Source of the DNA: an uncultured Thermoanaerobaculia bacterium
GTDB lineage: Bacteria; Acidobacteriota; Thermoanaerobaculia; Multivoradales; JBCCEF01
NCBI GenBank assembly: GCA_964557755.1
Contig: CAZLBJ010000229.1
Coordinates: 1 to 25,175, forward strand
DNA: 25,175 nucleotides
Direction: 5' to 3'
In this document: piece after piece, positions 1-9,545 of the stretch
How the letters are laid out: every line of letters begins with the position of its first letter
How positions within the stretch are numbered: the stretch's first letter is position 1
Notes under the pieces: model-generated
Databases searched by the model: none
What the model was told of the DNA's origin: nothing
What the model saw: the letters and a program-made list of their open reading frames with translations, nothing else
Program-made: the position numbers and the translations under genes

Positions 1-1186
<1,186 letters not shown>

Positions 1187-1190
<4 letters not shown>

Positions 1191-2881
1191 CGTCTCGTCC
1201 TCCGGGCCGGCGCCGGAGCGCCGGGCTCAGGGTGGCCGCCGTCGAGGGCGGGGTCGGGCTGTGGGCGGCGCGGCAGCCGCAGGCGGAAGGTGGTGCCACG
1301 GCCGGGCGCGGAGTCGACCTCGATCGTGCCGCCGTGGCGCTGCACGATGCCGTAGACCACGGCGAGGCCGAGGCCGACGCCGCTCTCCGCGTTCTTGGTC
1401 GAGAAGAAGGGCTCGAAGATGCGGCCCTGCACCTCCGGCGGGATGCCGACGCCGGTGTCGCGGATCGTCACCTCGACCGCCTGCGCGTCGCTGGAGAGCA
1501 GCACCTCGAGCTCGCCGCCGCGGTGGCCGTCGGCGGTCATCGCCTCGACGGCGTTGACCATCAGCGCCACCAGCGCCTGCTCGACCTGGCCGGCGTCGGC
1601 GATCATCGTCGGGTCGCCCTTGAGCATCTCGCAGTAGAGGTGGACGTCGCTCATCTCGAGGTGGTGGCGGACCAGCATCAGGCTGCGCTCGACCACCTCG
1701 TTGAGGTCGGTGGGCGCCATCGCGCCGTCGCCGGTGCGGCGTGCGAAGAGCAGCAGGTTCTGCACGATGCCGCCGCAGCGGCTGCACTCCTGCTGCAGGA
1801 AGCGCAGGTAGCCCGCCAGTTCCTCGCGCGTCTCGGCCGGCAGCTCCGGGTGGGCGGCGAGCTCGCGCTCGACCAGCCGCGCGTAGGTCAACATCGAGCT
1901 GATCGGGTTGTTGAGCTCGTGGGCGACGGTGGCGGAGAGCTTGCCCAGCGACGCCATCTTCTCCATGTGCACCACCTGGCGCTGGGTGCGCTGCAGCTCC
2001 TCGGACTTCTGCACCACCTTGTCCTCGAGCTTGCGCGACCAGTCGGCGAGCTCGTTGCGCGCCGCCTGCAGCTCGCCGGCCATGGAGTTGAAGGCGCCCG
2101 CCAGGTGCGCCAGCTCGTGGTCGCCGGCGACCACGATGCGGGTGTCGAGCTCGCCGTGGGCGATGCGGTCGGTGCCCTCGTGCAGGCGGTCCACGGGGCG
2201 CAGCACGACGCGGTTGACGAAGCCCGCCGACACCAGCCCGGTGATCAGCATCAGCGCCCCCATCGTCCACAGCGTCCGCCCCTTCGAGCGGTCGAGCGTC
2301 TCCTCGAGCGGCTGCAGCGAGACCTCGACCTCGAGGACGCCGAGCTTGCCCTCCTCGGCCTGCGAGCGGTGGCAGCCGGCGGAGGCGCAGTCGGGCTCGT
2401 TGGCGATCACCGAGACGTGGCGCAGCACCGGCACCGCGGCGTCGCGGCCGGCGCGGGCCAGCTCCATCGCCGCCACCGGCAGGCCGGCGTCGTCCGTCTC
2501 GCCCGGCAGGTGGCAGGCGACGCACGGGGCCTCGCTGAGCGCGGCGCGGCCGCCGATGTCGGCCGGGTGCGACGACATCGCCACCGTGCCGCCCATGTCG
2601 TAGATGCGGATCGCCGTCACGCTCGCGTCGCGGCCCAGGTTCTCGATGATGCTCTGCACCTGGTCCTTGCGGTTGAGCAGCATGCCGTCGTGGGTGGCGC
2701 GCTCGATCAGGCCGGCGCAGCGCTGCGCGTCGGTGCGCACCAGGGCGGTGAACTGCTCCTCGACGGCGCGCACGTTGAACCACGCGTACACCGCCAGCAC
2801 GGCGATGATGGTGACCAGCAGGGGGACCAGGAGGCGGGTGCTCAGCGACCCGAGCCCCGCGCGGAAGCGGCGGGTGGGCAT
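1187..2881 (-). CDS. Membrane sensor histidine kinase (TM - extracytoplasmic sensor with CxxCH - TM - HAMP - HisKA - HATPase), 564 aa
   Basis: True start is ATG 2881 (MPTRRF) with RBS GGAGGGG, inside track ORF 1187..4102. It has two TM helices, a HAMP domain (LRPVDRL...ELAHLAGAFNSM), H-box AHELNNP, N-box NAVEAM, DTGVGI, FEPFFSTK and GVGLGL. The sensor contains CVACH and CASAGCH. Confidence 0.95.
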
Positions 2882-3000
2882 GTCGGCCCCTCCGAAGTCC
2901 CGACGGAGGTTGTGCGGCCCGGAAGGATCCCGGTCCGCGGAGTGGGCCACCGGGAGAGCGCCGGTGGTCGGGACCGTCTCGACGGTAGCACAAAGGGGGC

Positions 3001-3037
3001 TGTGGGGAAACACCACGCGGTGTGGAATTTCTCGGCG
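3001..3037 (+). promoter_or_regulatory. Putative tandem enhancer (UAS) sites for a sigma-54 activator
   Basis: TGTGGGGAAACACCACG (3001) and TGTGGAATTTCTCGGCG (3021), 20 bp apart. The second matches 12/14 of the TGYCGAR-N3-YTCGRCA consensus seen at 4195/4216. Confidence 0.45.
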
Positions 3038-3138
3038 GTGAAAGGTGCCGCGTGTGAGCACGGGGAGGGCGGGTCCGGCGCCGAGAAATCCGCGCCGCGG
3101 CGGGGGATTCGCGGTGGCGGCGGCATCCAGCCGGCGGC

Positions 3139-3154
3139 GGGCTCCCGGCTTGCA
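3139..3154 (+). promoter_or_regulatory. Putative sigma-54 (-24/-12) promoter
   Basis: GGGCTCCCGGCTTGCA: GG(3140-41)-N10-GC(3152-53) with TTGCA, about 60 nt upstream of ATG 3216. Confidence 0.5.
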
Positions 3155-3215
3155 GCCGCAGCAGGGTGGCGGCGGGCGCGAGCGACGCTCCGCCGGCCGA
3201 GCGAGGAGGACGCCG

Positions 3216-4193
3216 ATGCACGCGACGAGCGAGGCTCCATCCGAGCGGCTGCCCTGCATCTGGATGACCGCCGGCCTGGTGCGCTGGCGGCTCTGCGACC
3301 GCGAGTACGACTGCGACCACTGCCCGTTGGACGCGGCGCTGCGCGGGGTGACCGTCGAGGCGGAGGAGGCGAACCCCTCGGCGAGGGCGGAGAGCTGGGA
3401 TCGAGTGCCGGGGCCTCTGGAGGCGGCTGGCGCGCACCCCTCGGCGAGGGGGGAGGAGCGGCGTGGCGGGGGAGGGCCGCTGCAGGCGGCCGCCGCGGAC
3501 CCCTCGGCGAAGGGGGGGAGCCGGGGTGGCGCGGAGGGGCGGCTGGAAACGGGCGGGGACGGGTCGGCGCCGGCGGAGAGCGGCCGTGGCCGCGGCGGCG
3601 AAGGCCGGCGGCGGGCGCCGGGGCGGGGCGAGTTCCCCGCCGACCGGCTGTTCGGCGCGGGACACACCTGGGCGCAGGTGGTCGCGGGCGGCGTGCCGGG
3701 CCGCTTCCGGGTCGGCCTCGACGGCTTCGCCGCGGCGCTGCTGGAGGCGCCGCGCGCCGTGCGCTGCGTCGCGGCCGGCAGCCGCCTGGCGATGGGCGAC
3801 GCCGCTTGCGAGGTCGATCTCGACGGCGGCGTGCTCACTCTCGGCGCACCGCTCGCCGGCGCGGTGGTGGCCGGCAACCGGCGGTGCCAGGACGACCCCG
3901 CCCTCCTCGCCGCCGATCCGTACGGCGACGGCTGGCTGCTGGAGCTGGCCGCCGGCACGCCGGCCGTGCCGGTCGACAACGCGGCCGGCGACGGTCTGCT
4001 CGCCGCCGAGGACGCGCGGCGCCGCGCCGGCCACGACCTGCGCCGCTTCCGCCGCCGCGTCGCGCTCGAGCTACTGGCCGCCGACGATGGCGTCGGCCCC
4101 ACCCTCCCCGACGGCGGCGAGCCGGTGGTCGACCTGCGCGGCCTGCTCGGCGCCCGCCGCTACCTCGATCTCCTGCGGGAGCTGGTCCACTGA
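3216..4193 (+). CDS. GcvH-fold protein 1 lacking lipoyl lysine, with N-terminal four-Cys motif, 325 aa
   Basis: ATG 3216 with RBS GAGGAGG. N-terminal CIWMTAGLVRWRLCDREYDCDHC. GcvH-like core HTWA...VGLDGFA...APLAGAVVAGN...DPYGDGWLLEL. The lipoyl hairpin reads DLDG instead of ESVK. Confidence 0.85.
   Translation: MHATSEAPSERLPCIWMTAGLVRWRLCDREYDCDHCPLDAALRGVTVEAEEANPSARAESWDRVPGPLEAAGAHPSARGEERRGGGGPLQAAAADPSAKGGSRGGAEGRLETGGDGSAPAESGRGRGGEGRRRAPGRGEFPADRLFGAGHTWAQVVAGGVPGRFRVGLDGFAAALLEAPRAVRCVAAGSRLAMGDAACEVDLDGGVLTLGAPLAGAVVAGNRRCQDDPALLAADPYGDGWLLELAAGTPAVPVDNAAGDGLLAAEDARRRAGHDLRRFRRRVALELLAADDGVGPTLPDGGEPVVDLRGLLGARRYLDLLRELVH
3357..3521 (+). repeat. Three degenerate 63-bp (21-aa) tandem repeats in the linker of GcvH-fold protein 1
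   Basis: GCG-nAC-CCC-TCG-GCG-ARG starts at 3369, 3432 and 3495 (exact 63-nt period), encoding EAEEANPSAR / EAAGAHPSAR / QAAAADPSAK. Confidence 0.7.
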
Positions 4194-4194
4194 C

Positions 4195-4232
4195 TGTCGA
4201 ATCCTTCGACACCGGTGCCGAGGAACTCGCCA
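4195..4232 (+). promoter_or_regulatory. Tandem palindromic activator-binding sites (UAS)
   Basis: Perfect palindrome TGTCGAA-TCC-TTCGACA (4195-4211) and near-palindrome TGCCGAG-GAA-CTCGCCA (4216-4232), 21 bp apart. Confidence 0.6.
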
Positions 4233-4331
4233 GCGCCGGTGCCCAAAACCGCGAACCCACGCACATGACGAACAAGCGTAACTATCTCTCGCCGAAGGGG
4301 TTGACGGCCTCACACCACCCTGTCCAGGGCG

Positions 4332-4347
4332 TGGTGGCCGCCTTGCA
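4332..4347 (+). promoter_or_regulatory. Putative sigma-54 (-24/-12) promoter
   Basis: TGGTGGCCGCCTTGCA: GG(4333-34)-N10-GC(4345-46), about 46 nt upstream of ATG 4394 (RBS GAGGAGG). Confidence 0.55.
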
Positions 4348-4393
4348 CCCGGACGTTTGCGGGGCCACCTGAACCGGTCCCGAGGAGGTTGTC

Positions 4394-5170
4394 ATGAGCA
4401 CCAAGCCGATGAAGATCCGCGAATCCGTCTCCCTGGCGGCGCTGGGACTGTCGATCGTCGTCCTGCTGCCGCTCGTCGCCGTCGCCGCCTTCGTGCTGCG
4501 CGCCGGCCTGTTCGCCGGGGCCCTGCTGGCCGTGATGGCCGGCATGGCGACCTTCGCCGTCAGCCCCCGGTTCCGCGAGTGGCTCGGGTTTCAAGTCGAG
4601 CCCGGCCTGACCTACAACGGCCTGCGCCTGGACACCGGCGTCGCCCTCGGCGACGGCCACGCGTGGGCCCGCTTCGACGGCGGCGAGGCCACCGTCGGTG
4701 CCGACGACCTGGTGGGCGCGGTGCTCGGCCCGGTCGAACAGGTGGACCTGCCCGGTCTCGGCACCCGCGTGCGCCGCGGCGAGCCGCTGTTCCGGCTGCG
4801 CCACGGCGACCGCACGGTGGCGGTGGCGTCGCCGATCGCCGGCACCGTCGTGCACGCCAACGCCGAGCTCGCCGACTCGCCGCACCTGGTCAACGAGGCG
4901 CCGTTCGACGCCGGCTGGGCGGTGCGCCTGGGCAGCGACGACCCGCGCGCCGATCGCGAGGTGCTGCGCCGCGGCGCCAAGGCGCGGGCCTGGTTCCGCG
5001 GCGAGGTGGACGGCCTGCTGGCCGACCTGCTGCCCGCCCAGGCCGGTGCCGTGCCGGCGCTGCCCGACGGCGGCGAGCTCGTAGAGGGCCTGCACCGCTA
5101 CATCGACGACGCCACCTGGAGCCGTCTCCAGGGCCGCTTCTTCACGCCGGCGGAGCGGAGCCTTTCGTGA
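4394..5170 (+). CDS. Membrane-anchored GcvH-fold protein 2 lacking lipoyl lysine, 258 aa
   Basis: N-terminal hydrophobic hairpin (two TM). HAWA...VGADD...LPGLGTRVRRGEPL...SPIAGTVVHANAEL...VNEAPFDAGW. The lipoyl position reads RHGD. Confidence 0.88.
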   Translation: MSTKPMKIRESVSLAALGLSIVVLLPLVAVAAFVLRAGLFAGALLAVMAGMATFAVSPRFREWLGFQVEPGLTYNGLRLDTGVALGDGHAWARFDGGEATVGADDLVGAVLGPVEQVDLPGLGTRVRRGEPLFRLRHGDRTVAVASPIAGTVVHANAELADSPHLVNEAPFDAGWAVRLGSDDPRADREVLRRGAKARAWFRGEVDGLLADLLPAQAGAVPALPDGGELVEGLHRYIDDATWSRLQGRFFTPAERSLS

Positions 5171-5213
5171 GCGCCGCCACCGGGCCGAACCCAGGACCGA
5201 CAGGAGCCTGATC

Positions 5214-6164
5214 ATGGATCGTCGTGGATTCCTCAAGCTCGCCGGGGTGGTGGCGGGAGGGGCGGTGGCCGGCGACGGCCACCGCGCCGAGGCCGCCGGC
5301 ACCGCCGCCGACTCCGGTGCCGCAGACTGGGCCGTCCTCGTCGACCTCACCCGCTGCGCCGGCTGCCGCATGTGCGAGGCGGCCTGCGCCGAGGCCAACG
5401 GGCTCGCCGAGCCGGACTGGTCGGACGACTTCTCCTACGCCGCCCCCCGCCCGGTGACCGACAAGCAGTGGTCCTCGGTCAACCGCTTCGAGACCACCAA
5501 GGGCGAGGTGTTCGTCAAGCGGCAGTGCATGCACTGCCAGGTGCCCGCCTGCGCCGCCGGCTGCCTCACCAAGGCGCTGTACAAGACCGACGAAGGGCCG
5601 GTGGTGTGGGCGGCGGACCGCTGCCTCGGGTGCCGCTACTGCATGGTCTCCTGCCCCTTCGACATGGCGCGCTGCGAGTACGACTCGCCCAACCCGAAGA
5701 TCAGCAAGTGCCGGATGTGCTACGAGAAGGTGAAGGCGGAGGGCGAGGGGTCGCTGCCGGCCTGCGTCGAGAACTGCCCGAACGAGGCGCTGACCTTCGG
5801 GCCGCGCGCCGAGCTCCTGGAGGTCGCGCGCCAGCGCATCTACACCAACCCCGGCCAGTACGTGTCGCACGTCTACGGCGAGCACGAGGCGGGCGGGACC
5901 GGCTGGCTCTACATCTCGCCGGTGGCGTTCGAGGAGATCGGCTTCCGCACCGACCTCGACACCGAGCCGTACCCCGAGAAGACCCGCGGCTTCCTCACCG
6001 CCGTGCCCCTGGTGCTGGTGCTGTGGCCGGCCTTCATGATGGCGCTGCGCCGCGCCACCGTCCGCGAGGACGAGGGCGGCTCCGGCCACCCGCTGCTGGC
6101 GGCGCCCACCGTCGAACCCACCACCCCGTCCGCCACGGAGGCGAGCGATGACTACCGCAACTGA
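5214..6164 (+). CDS. Tat-exported 4Fe-4S dicluster (four-cluster) protein, HybA/HmcB/NrfC family
   Basis: Tat motif MDRRGFLK. Cys motifs CAGCRMCEAAC, CMHCQVPACAAGC, CLGCRYCMVSC and CRMC...ACVENC. C-terminal TM helix. Confidence 0.93.
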   Translation: MDRRGFLKLAGVVAGGAVAGDGHRAEAAGTAADSGAADWAVLVDLTRCAGCRMCEAACAEANGLAEPDWSDDFSYAAPRPVTDKQWSSVNRFETTKGEVFVKRQCMHCQVPACAAGCLTKALYKTDEGPVVWAADRCLGCRYCMVSCPFDMARCEYDSPNPKISKCRMCYEKVKAEGEGSLPACVENCPNEALTFGPRAELLEVARQRIYTNPGQYVSHVYGEHEAGGTGWLYISPVAFEEIGFRTDLDTEPYPEKTRGFLTAVPLVLVLWPAFMMALRRATVREDEGGSGHPLLAAPTVEPTTPSATEASDDYRN

Positions 6165-7473
6165 GCGTCCCGCCACCGGCCTGCGCCGCGAAGGCGAGCG
6201 GCTGTGGCCGTTCCTGCGCCGCGAGCTGGCGCCGCGCGGCAAGTGGCTGACCCCGTTCAACGTCGTCTCGCTGGCCATCATGGCGACGGCGGCGGTGATC
6301 CTGGTCGTCCGCTTCACCTTCGGCCTCGGCTCGGTGACCAACCTGTCCCAGGAGTTCCCGTGGGGCATCTGGAAGGGCTTCAACGTCGTCACCGGCGTCG
6401 CCTTCGCCGGCGGTGCCTACGTGCTGACCTTCATGGTCTACGTGCTGCGCATGGAGAAGTACCGGCCCATCGTCCGCGTGACGGTGCTCAACGGCTTCCT
6501 GGCGTACACCTTCTACGCCGTCGCCCTGCTGCTCGAGCTCGGGCGGCCGTGGAAGATCATGAACCCGATCCTCGGCCACGAGTTCGGCCTCACCTCGGTG
6601 CTGTTCCTGATCGCCTGGCACTTCCTGCTCTACATCATCGCGCAGCTCCTGGAGTTCCTGCCGGCGACCGCCGAGTGGCTGAACCTGCGCAAGGTGCACC
6701 GGGCGCTGTCGTGGATGACGGTGGGCACGGTGATCTTCGGCATCACCCTGTCGACGCTGCACCAGTCGGCGCTCGGCGCGCTGTTCCTGATGGCCGAGCC
6801 GAAGATCCACCCGCTGTGGTACTCGGAGCTGATCCCGACGCTGTTCTTCATCTCCAGCATCTTCGCCGGGCTCTCCCTGGTGATCCTGGAGGGGAGCCTG
6901 TCGCACCGGGTGTTCCGCGACCGCATGGGAGCGCCGCTGAAGCGTGGACACGACGACATCCTGGTCGGCCTCGGCCGCATCGCCGGCGCCGCGATGTTCG
7001 TCTACCTCTTCCTCGAGCTGCTCAAGCTCCTGCACGGCGGGTTGCTCGGGCAGATCCAGGGGCCCTGGGGCGCCTGGTACGTGGTCGAGATCGGCGTCTT
7101 CACGGCGATCCCGATGGCGCTCTTCCTGTGGGCGTCGAGCCGCCGCGACCTGCGCTGGATCCAGGTCGGTGCCGGCATGACCCTGGTGGGCATCGTGCTC
7201 AACCGCCTGAACATCTCGCTGATCGCCTTCAAGTGGTACGCGCCGGTGCACTACGTGCCGACGTGGATGGAGGTGGTGGTGGCGGCGGCGGTGATCTGCG
7301 CCGAGGTGTGGGTGTTCCGCTGGGTGATCGAGCGCATGCCGGTGCTCGGCGGCGAGCCCGCGTGGGCCGAGCACCACGAAGCACACGGCCGCGCCGCGGC
7401 CCCGGCCGCGGCACCGCGCGCCGTGCCGCAACCGATCACCGCCCGGTCGACGGCCGGCACGGTGCAGAACTGA
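6148..7473 (+). CDS. NrfD/PsrC-family polytopic membrane protein, HybB/HmcC-like
   Basis: Many hydrophobic helices. Motifs GLGSVTNLSQEFPWGIWKGF, LLELGRPW, STLHQSALG and IHPLWYS. Overlaps the Fe-S gene by 17 nt. Confidence 0.92.
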   Translation: MTTATERPATGLRREGERLWPFLRRELAPRGKWLTPFNVVSLAIMATAAVILVVRFTFGLGSVTNLSQEFPWGIWKGFNVVTGVAFAGGAYVLTFMVYVLRMEKYRPIVRVTVLNGFLAYTFYAVALLLELGRPWKIMNPILGHEFGLTSVLFLIAWHFLLYIIAQLLEFLPATAEWLNLRKVHRALSWMTVGTVIFGITLSTLHQSALGALFLMAEPKIHPLWYSELIPTLFFISSIFAGLSLVILEGSLSHRVFRDRMGAPLKRGHDDILVGLGRIAGAAMFVYLFLELLKLLHGGLLGQIQGPWGAWYVVEIGVFTAIPMALFLWASSRRDLRWIQVGAGMTLVGIVLNRLNISLIAFKWYAPVHYVPTWMEVVVAAAVICAEVWVFRWVIERMPVLGGEPAWAEHHEAHGRAAAPAAAPRAVPQPITARSTAGTVQN

Positions 7474-7483
7474 GGAGGCAGCG

Positions 7484-8239
7484 ATGGACTTCATGGCGAG
7501 CAAGGGCATCGAATACCTGATGGTGATCGGCTACCTGCTGCTCTGCATCCCCTTCTGGCTGCTGCTGCAGCGCTGGACGCGGCCGGCGATGGCGGCGGTG
7601 CCGGCGTGGGTGGGCGACCCGGTGGCGGCGATCCGCGGCTGGTTCGCCGTCCCCGACGGGCCGTCCTACCACCGCGGCCACACCTGGGCCTTGCCGGTTG
7701 CACCGGTGGAAGAGACGCTCGGCGGCGGCACCCGCTTCCGGGTCGGCGTCGACGACTTCGCGCAGCGCCTGCTCGGGCGGCCCGACGGCCTCGAGCTGCC
7801 GCGCGTCGGCGCCCGGCTGAGGGAAGGGGAGGCGGGCTTCCGCTTCCGCCTCGACGGGCGGACGGTGGACCTGCTGAGCCCGGTGGGCGGCAAGGTGGTG
7901 GCGCTCAACCCCGACGTGCTGGCCGATCCCGGCCGGGTGGGCGCCGACCCCTACGGCGGCGGCTGGCTGTTCGAGGTCGAAGCGCCGGCGGCGGCGCTGC
8001 GCAACCTGCTGCCGGCGCGGCTGGCGCGGAGCTGGATGGAGGAGACGGCGGAGGCCTTGAGCGGCCGGCTGTCGGCGGAGCTGGGGCCGGTGCTCCAGGA
8101 CGGTGGCGTGCCGGTCCCCGGCTTCGCCCGCGAGCTGTCGCCGGACCGCTGGCACGAGATCGCCGCCGAGCTCCTCCTCACCGCGCCGCCGCCGGCGGCC
8201 CCCACCGACACGGTCTCCTCGGACGCCGCCCCGCCCTAG
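7484..8239 (+). CDS. Membrane-anchored GcvH-fold protein 3 lacking lipoyl lysine, 251 aa
   Basis: RBS GAGGAGG. N-terminal TM (KGIEYLMVIGYLLLCIPFWLLL). GHTWA...VGVDDFA...LPRVGARLREGE...SPVGGKVVALN...DPYGGGWLFEV. The lipoyl position reads RLDG. Confidence 0.9.
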   Translation: MDFMASKGIEYLMVIGYLLLCIPFWLLLQRWTRPAMAAVPAWVGDPVAAIRGWFAVPDGPSYHRGHTWALPVAPVEETLGGGTRFRVGVDDFAQRLLGRPDGLELPRVGARLREGEAGFRFRLDGRTVDLLSPVGGKVVALNPDVLADPGRVGADPYGGGWLFEVEAPAAALRNLLPARLARSWMEETAEALSGRLSAELGPVLQDGGVPVPGFARELSPDRWHEIAAELLLTAPPPAAPTDTVSSDAAPP

Positions 8240-8271
8240 CACCCCACTGCAGGGCGAGACGGGGCCCCCTC

Positions 8272-8310
8272 GCGGGGGCGGAGCGATCGCGACTCCGCCC
8301 CCGCTCTTTG
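8272..8310 (+). terminator. Intrinsic terminator-like hairpin between convergent genes
   Basis: Perfect 12-bp stem GCGGGGGCGGAG/CTCCGCCCCCGC with a 9-nt loop, followed by TCTTTG. Confidence 0.65.
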
Positions 8311-8312
8311 CG

Positions 8313-9545
8313 TCAGTCCTTCTTGCGCGCCTTCTCGAAGACTTCGGCCATGGAGCCGAGTCCCGCGCCGAGGCGGCCCGCGTCGCCCGCGGCGTGCTCG
8401 GCGACCTCTTCGCGGCCGGCGGTGGCGAGGGAGGTGGCGAGGGAGAGGGAGATGCGGTGGCGCTTGGCGTCGATCTCGAGGACGCGGACCTCGACCTCCT
8501 GGCCGAGGTCGACCACCTCGCGCGGGTGGCCGACGCGGCGGTTGGCGGCCAGCTCCGAGACGTGGACCAGGCCCTCGACGCCGGGCGCGATCTCGACGAA
8601 GGCGCCGAAGGACTCGAGGCGCTTGACCAGGCCGCGGACGGTGGCGCCCGGCTTGAAGCGCTCCTTCACCGCCTCCCACGGGTCGCCGAGCAGGGCGCGG
8701 CGCGACAGCGAGATGCGCTTGCCGCCCTTGTCGCGCTCTTCGATCGCCAGCACCTTGACCTCCAGCACGTCGCCCGCGGTGATCATCGACGCCGGGTCCT
8801 CGACCCGGCCGTGCGTCAGCTCGCTGACGTGCAGCAGGCCCTCGACGCCGCCGAGGTCGACGAAGGCGCCGTAGGCGGTGACGGACGTCACCGTGCCGCG
8901 CACCACGGCGCCGGGCTGGATGCGCGCCAGCGCCTCCTCCTGGCGCTGCCGGCGCTCCTCCTCGAGCAGGTCGCGGCGGCTGAGTACCACGTCCGGGCGG
9001 CCGCCGCGGCCGGCGGCCTCGACTTTGCGCACCCGGAAGGTGAGGTTGCGGCCCACGAACTCCGCCGCGTCCTCGACGAAGGCGATGTCGAGCTGCGAGA
9101 TGGGACAGAAGGCGCGCAGCCCGGAGACGGTGACCGCCACGCCGCCCTTGACCACCTCGGCCACCGTGCCCTCGACCGGGATGCCGTGCTCGTGCGCCTG
9201 CGAGAGCTCCTGGAGGGCGAGCTGCACGTCGCCGCCGGCGCTCGACCCGCCCGGGCGCACGCGCAGCACCAGGCAGCCGCTGTCGGCGTCGCGGCCGCTG
9301 ACCAGCCCCTCCACCGTGTCGCCGACGCCGACCGTGAGGCCGCCGTCGGCGTCGAGCAGCTCGGCGGTGGCCACCACCGCGTCGGACTTGGCGCCGACGT
9401 CGACGAAGGTCTGCTCGTCGCCGATCGAGATCACCCGCCCGGAGGCGCGCTCGCCGGGCTTGGGGTCGGTGCCGGGGGCGTCCTGCCCGCTCTCGAACTC
9501 CGCCAGGATGGCCGCGAAGTCGCGGCTGTCGTCGTTCTTCGCCAT
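8313..9545 (-). CDS. S1 RNA-binding domain protein (four S1 domains; 30S ribosomal protein S1-like, probably a paralogue), 410 aa
   Basis: True start ATG 9545 (MAKNDD) within track ORF 8313..11852. Four S1 repeats, e.g. GAFVDLGGVEGLLHVSEL and GAFVEIAPGVEGLVHVSEL, plus RAFCPISQLD and ISLS. Confidence 0.9.
   Translation of the reverse strand: MAKNDDSRDFAAILAEFESGQDAPGTDPKPGERASGRVISIGDEQTFVDVGAKSDAVVATAELLDADGGLTVGVGDTVEGLVSGRDADSGCLVLRVRPGGSSAGGDVQLALQELSQAHEHGIPVEGTVAEVVKGGVAVTVSGLRAFCPISQLDIAFVEDAAEFVGRNLTFRVRKVEAAGRGGRPDVVLSRRDLLEEERRQRQEEALARIQPGAVVRGTVTSVTAYGAFVDLGGVEGLLHVSELTHGRVEDPASMITAGDVLEVKVLAIEERDKGGKRISLSRRALLGDPWEAVKERFKPGATVRGLVKRLESFGAFVEIAPGVEGLVHVSELAANRRVGHPREVVDLGQEVEVRVLEIDAKRHRISLSLATSLATAGREEVAEHAAGDAGRLGAGLGSMAEVFEKARKKD

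Noticed and set aside
3357-3521. 63-nt repeats as a CRISPR array
   Set aside because: There are only three degenerate copies, in frame inside a CDS, with no cas genes in the window.
3216-8239. Calling the GcvH-like genes a glycine cleavage system or the Fe-S/membrane pair a hydrogenase
   Set aside because: The lipoyl Lys is absent in all three, and no gcvP/gcvT or NiFe large/small subunit is in the operon.
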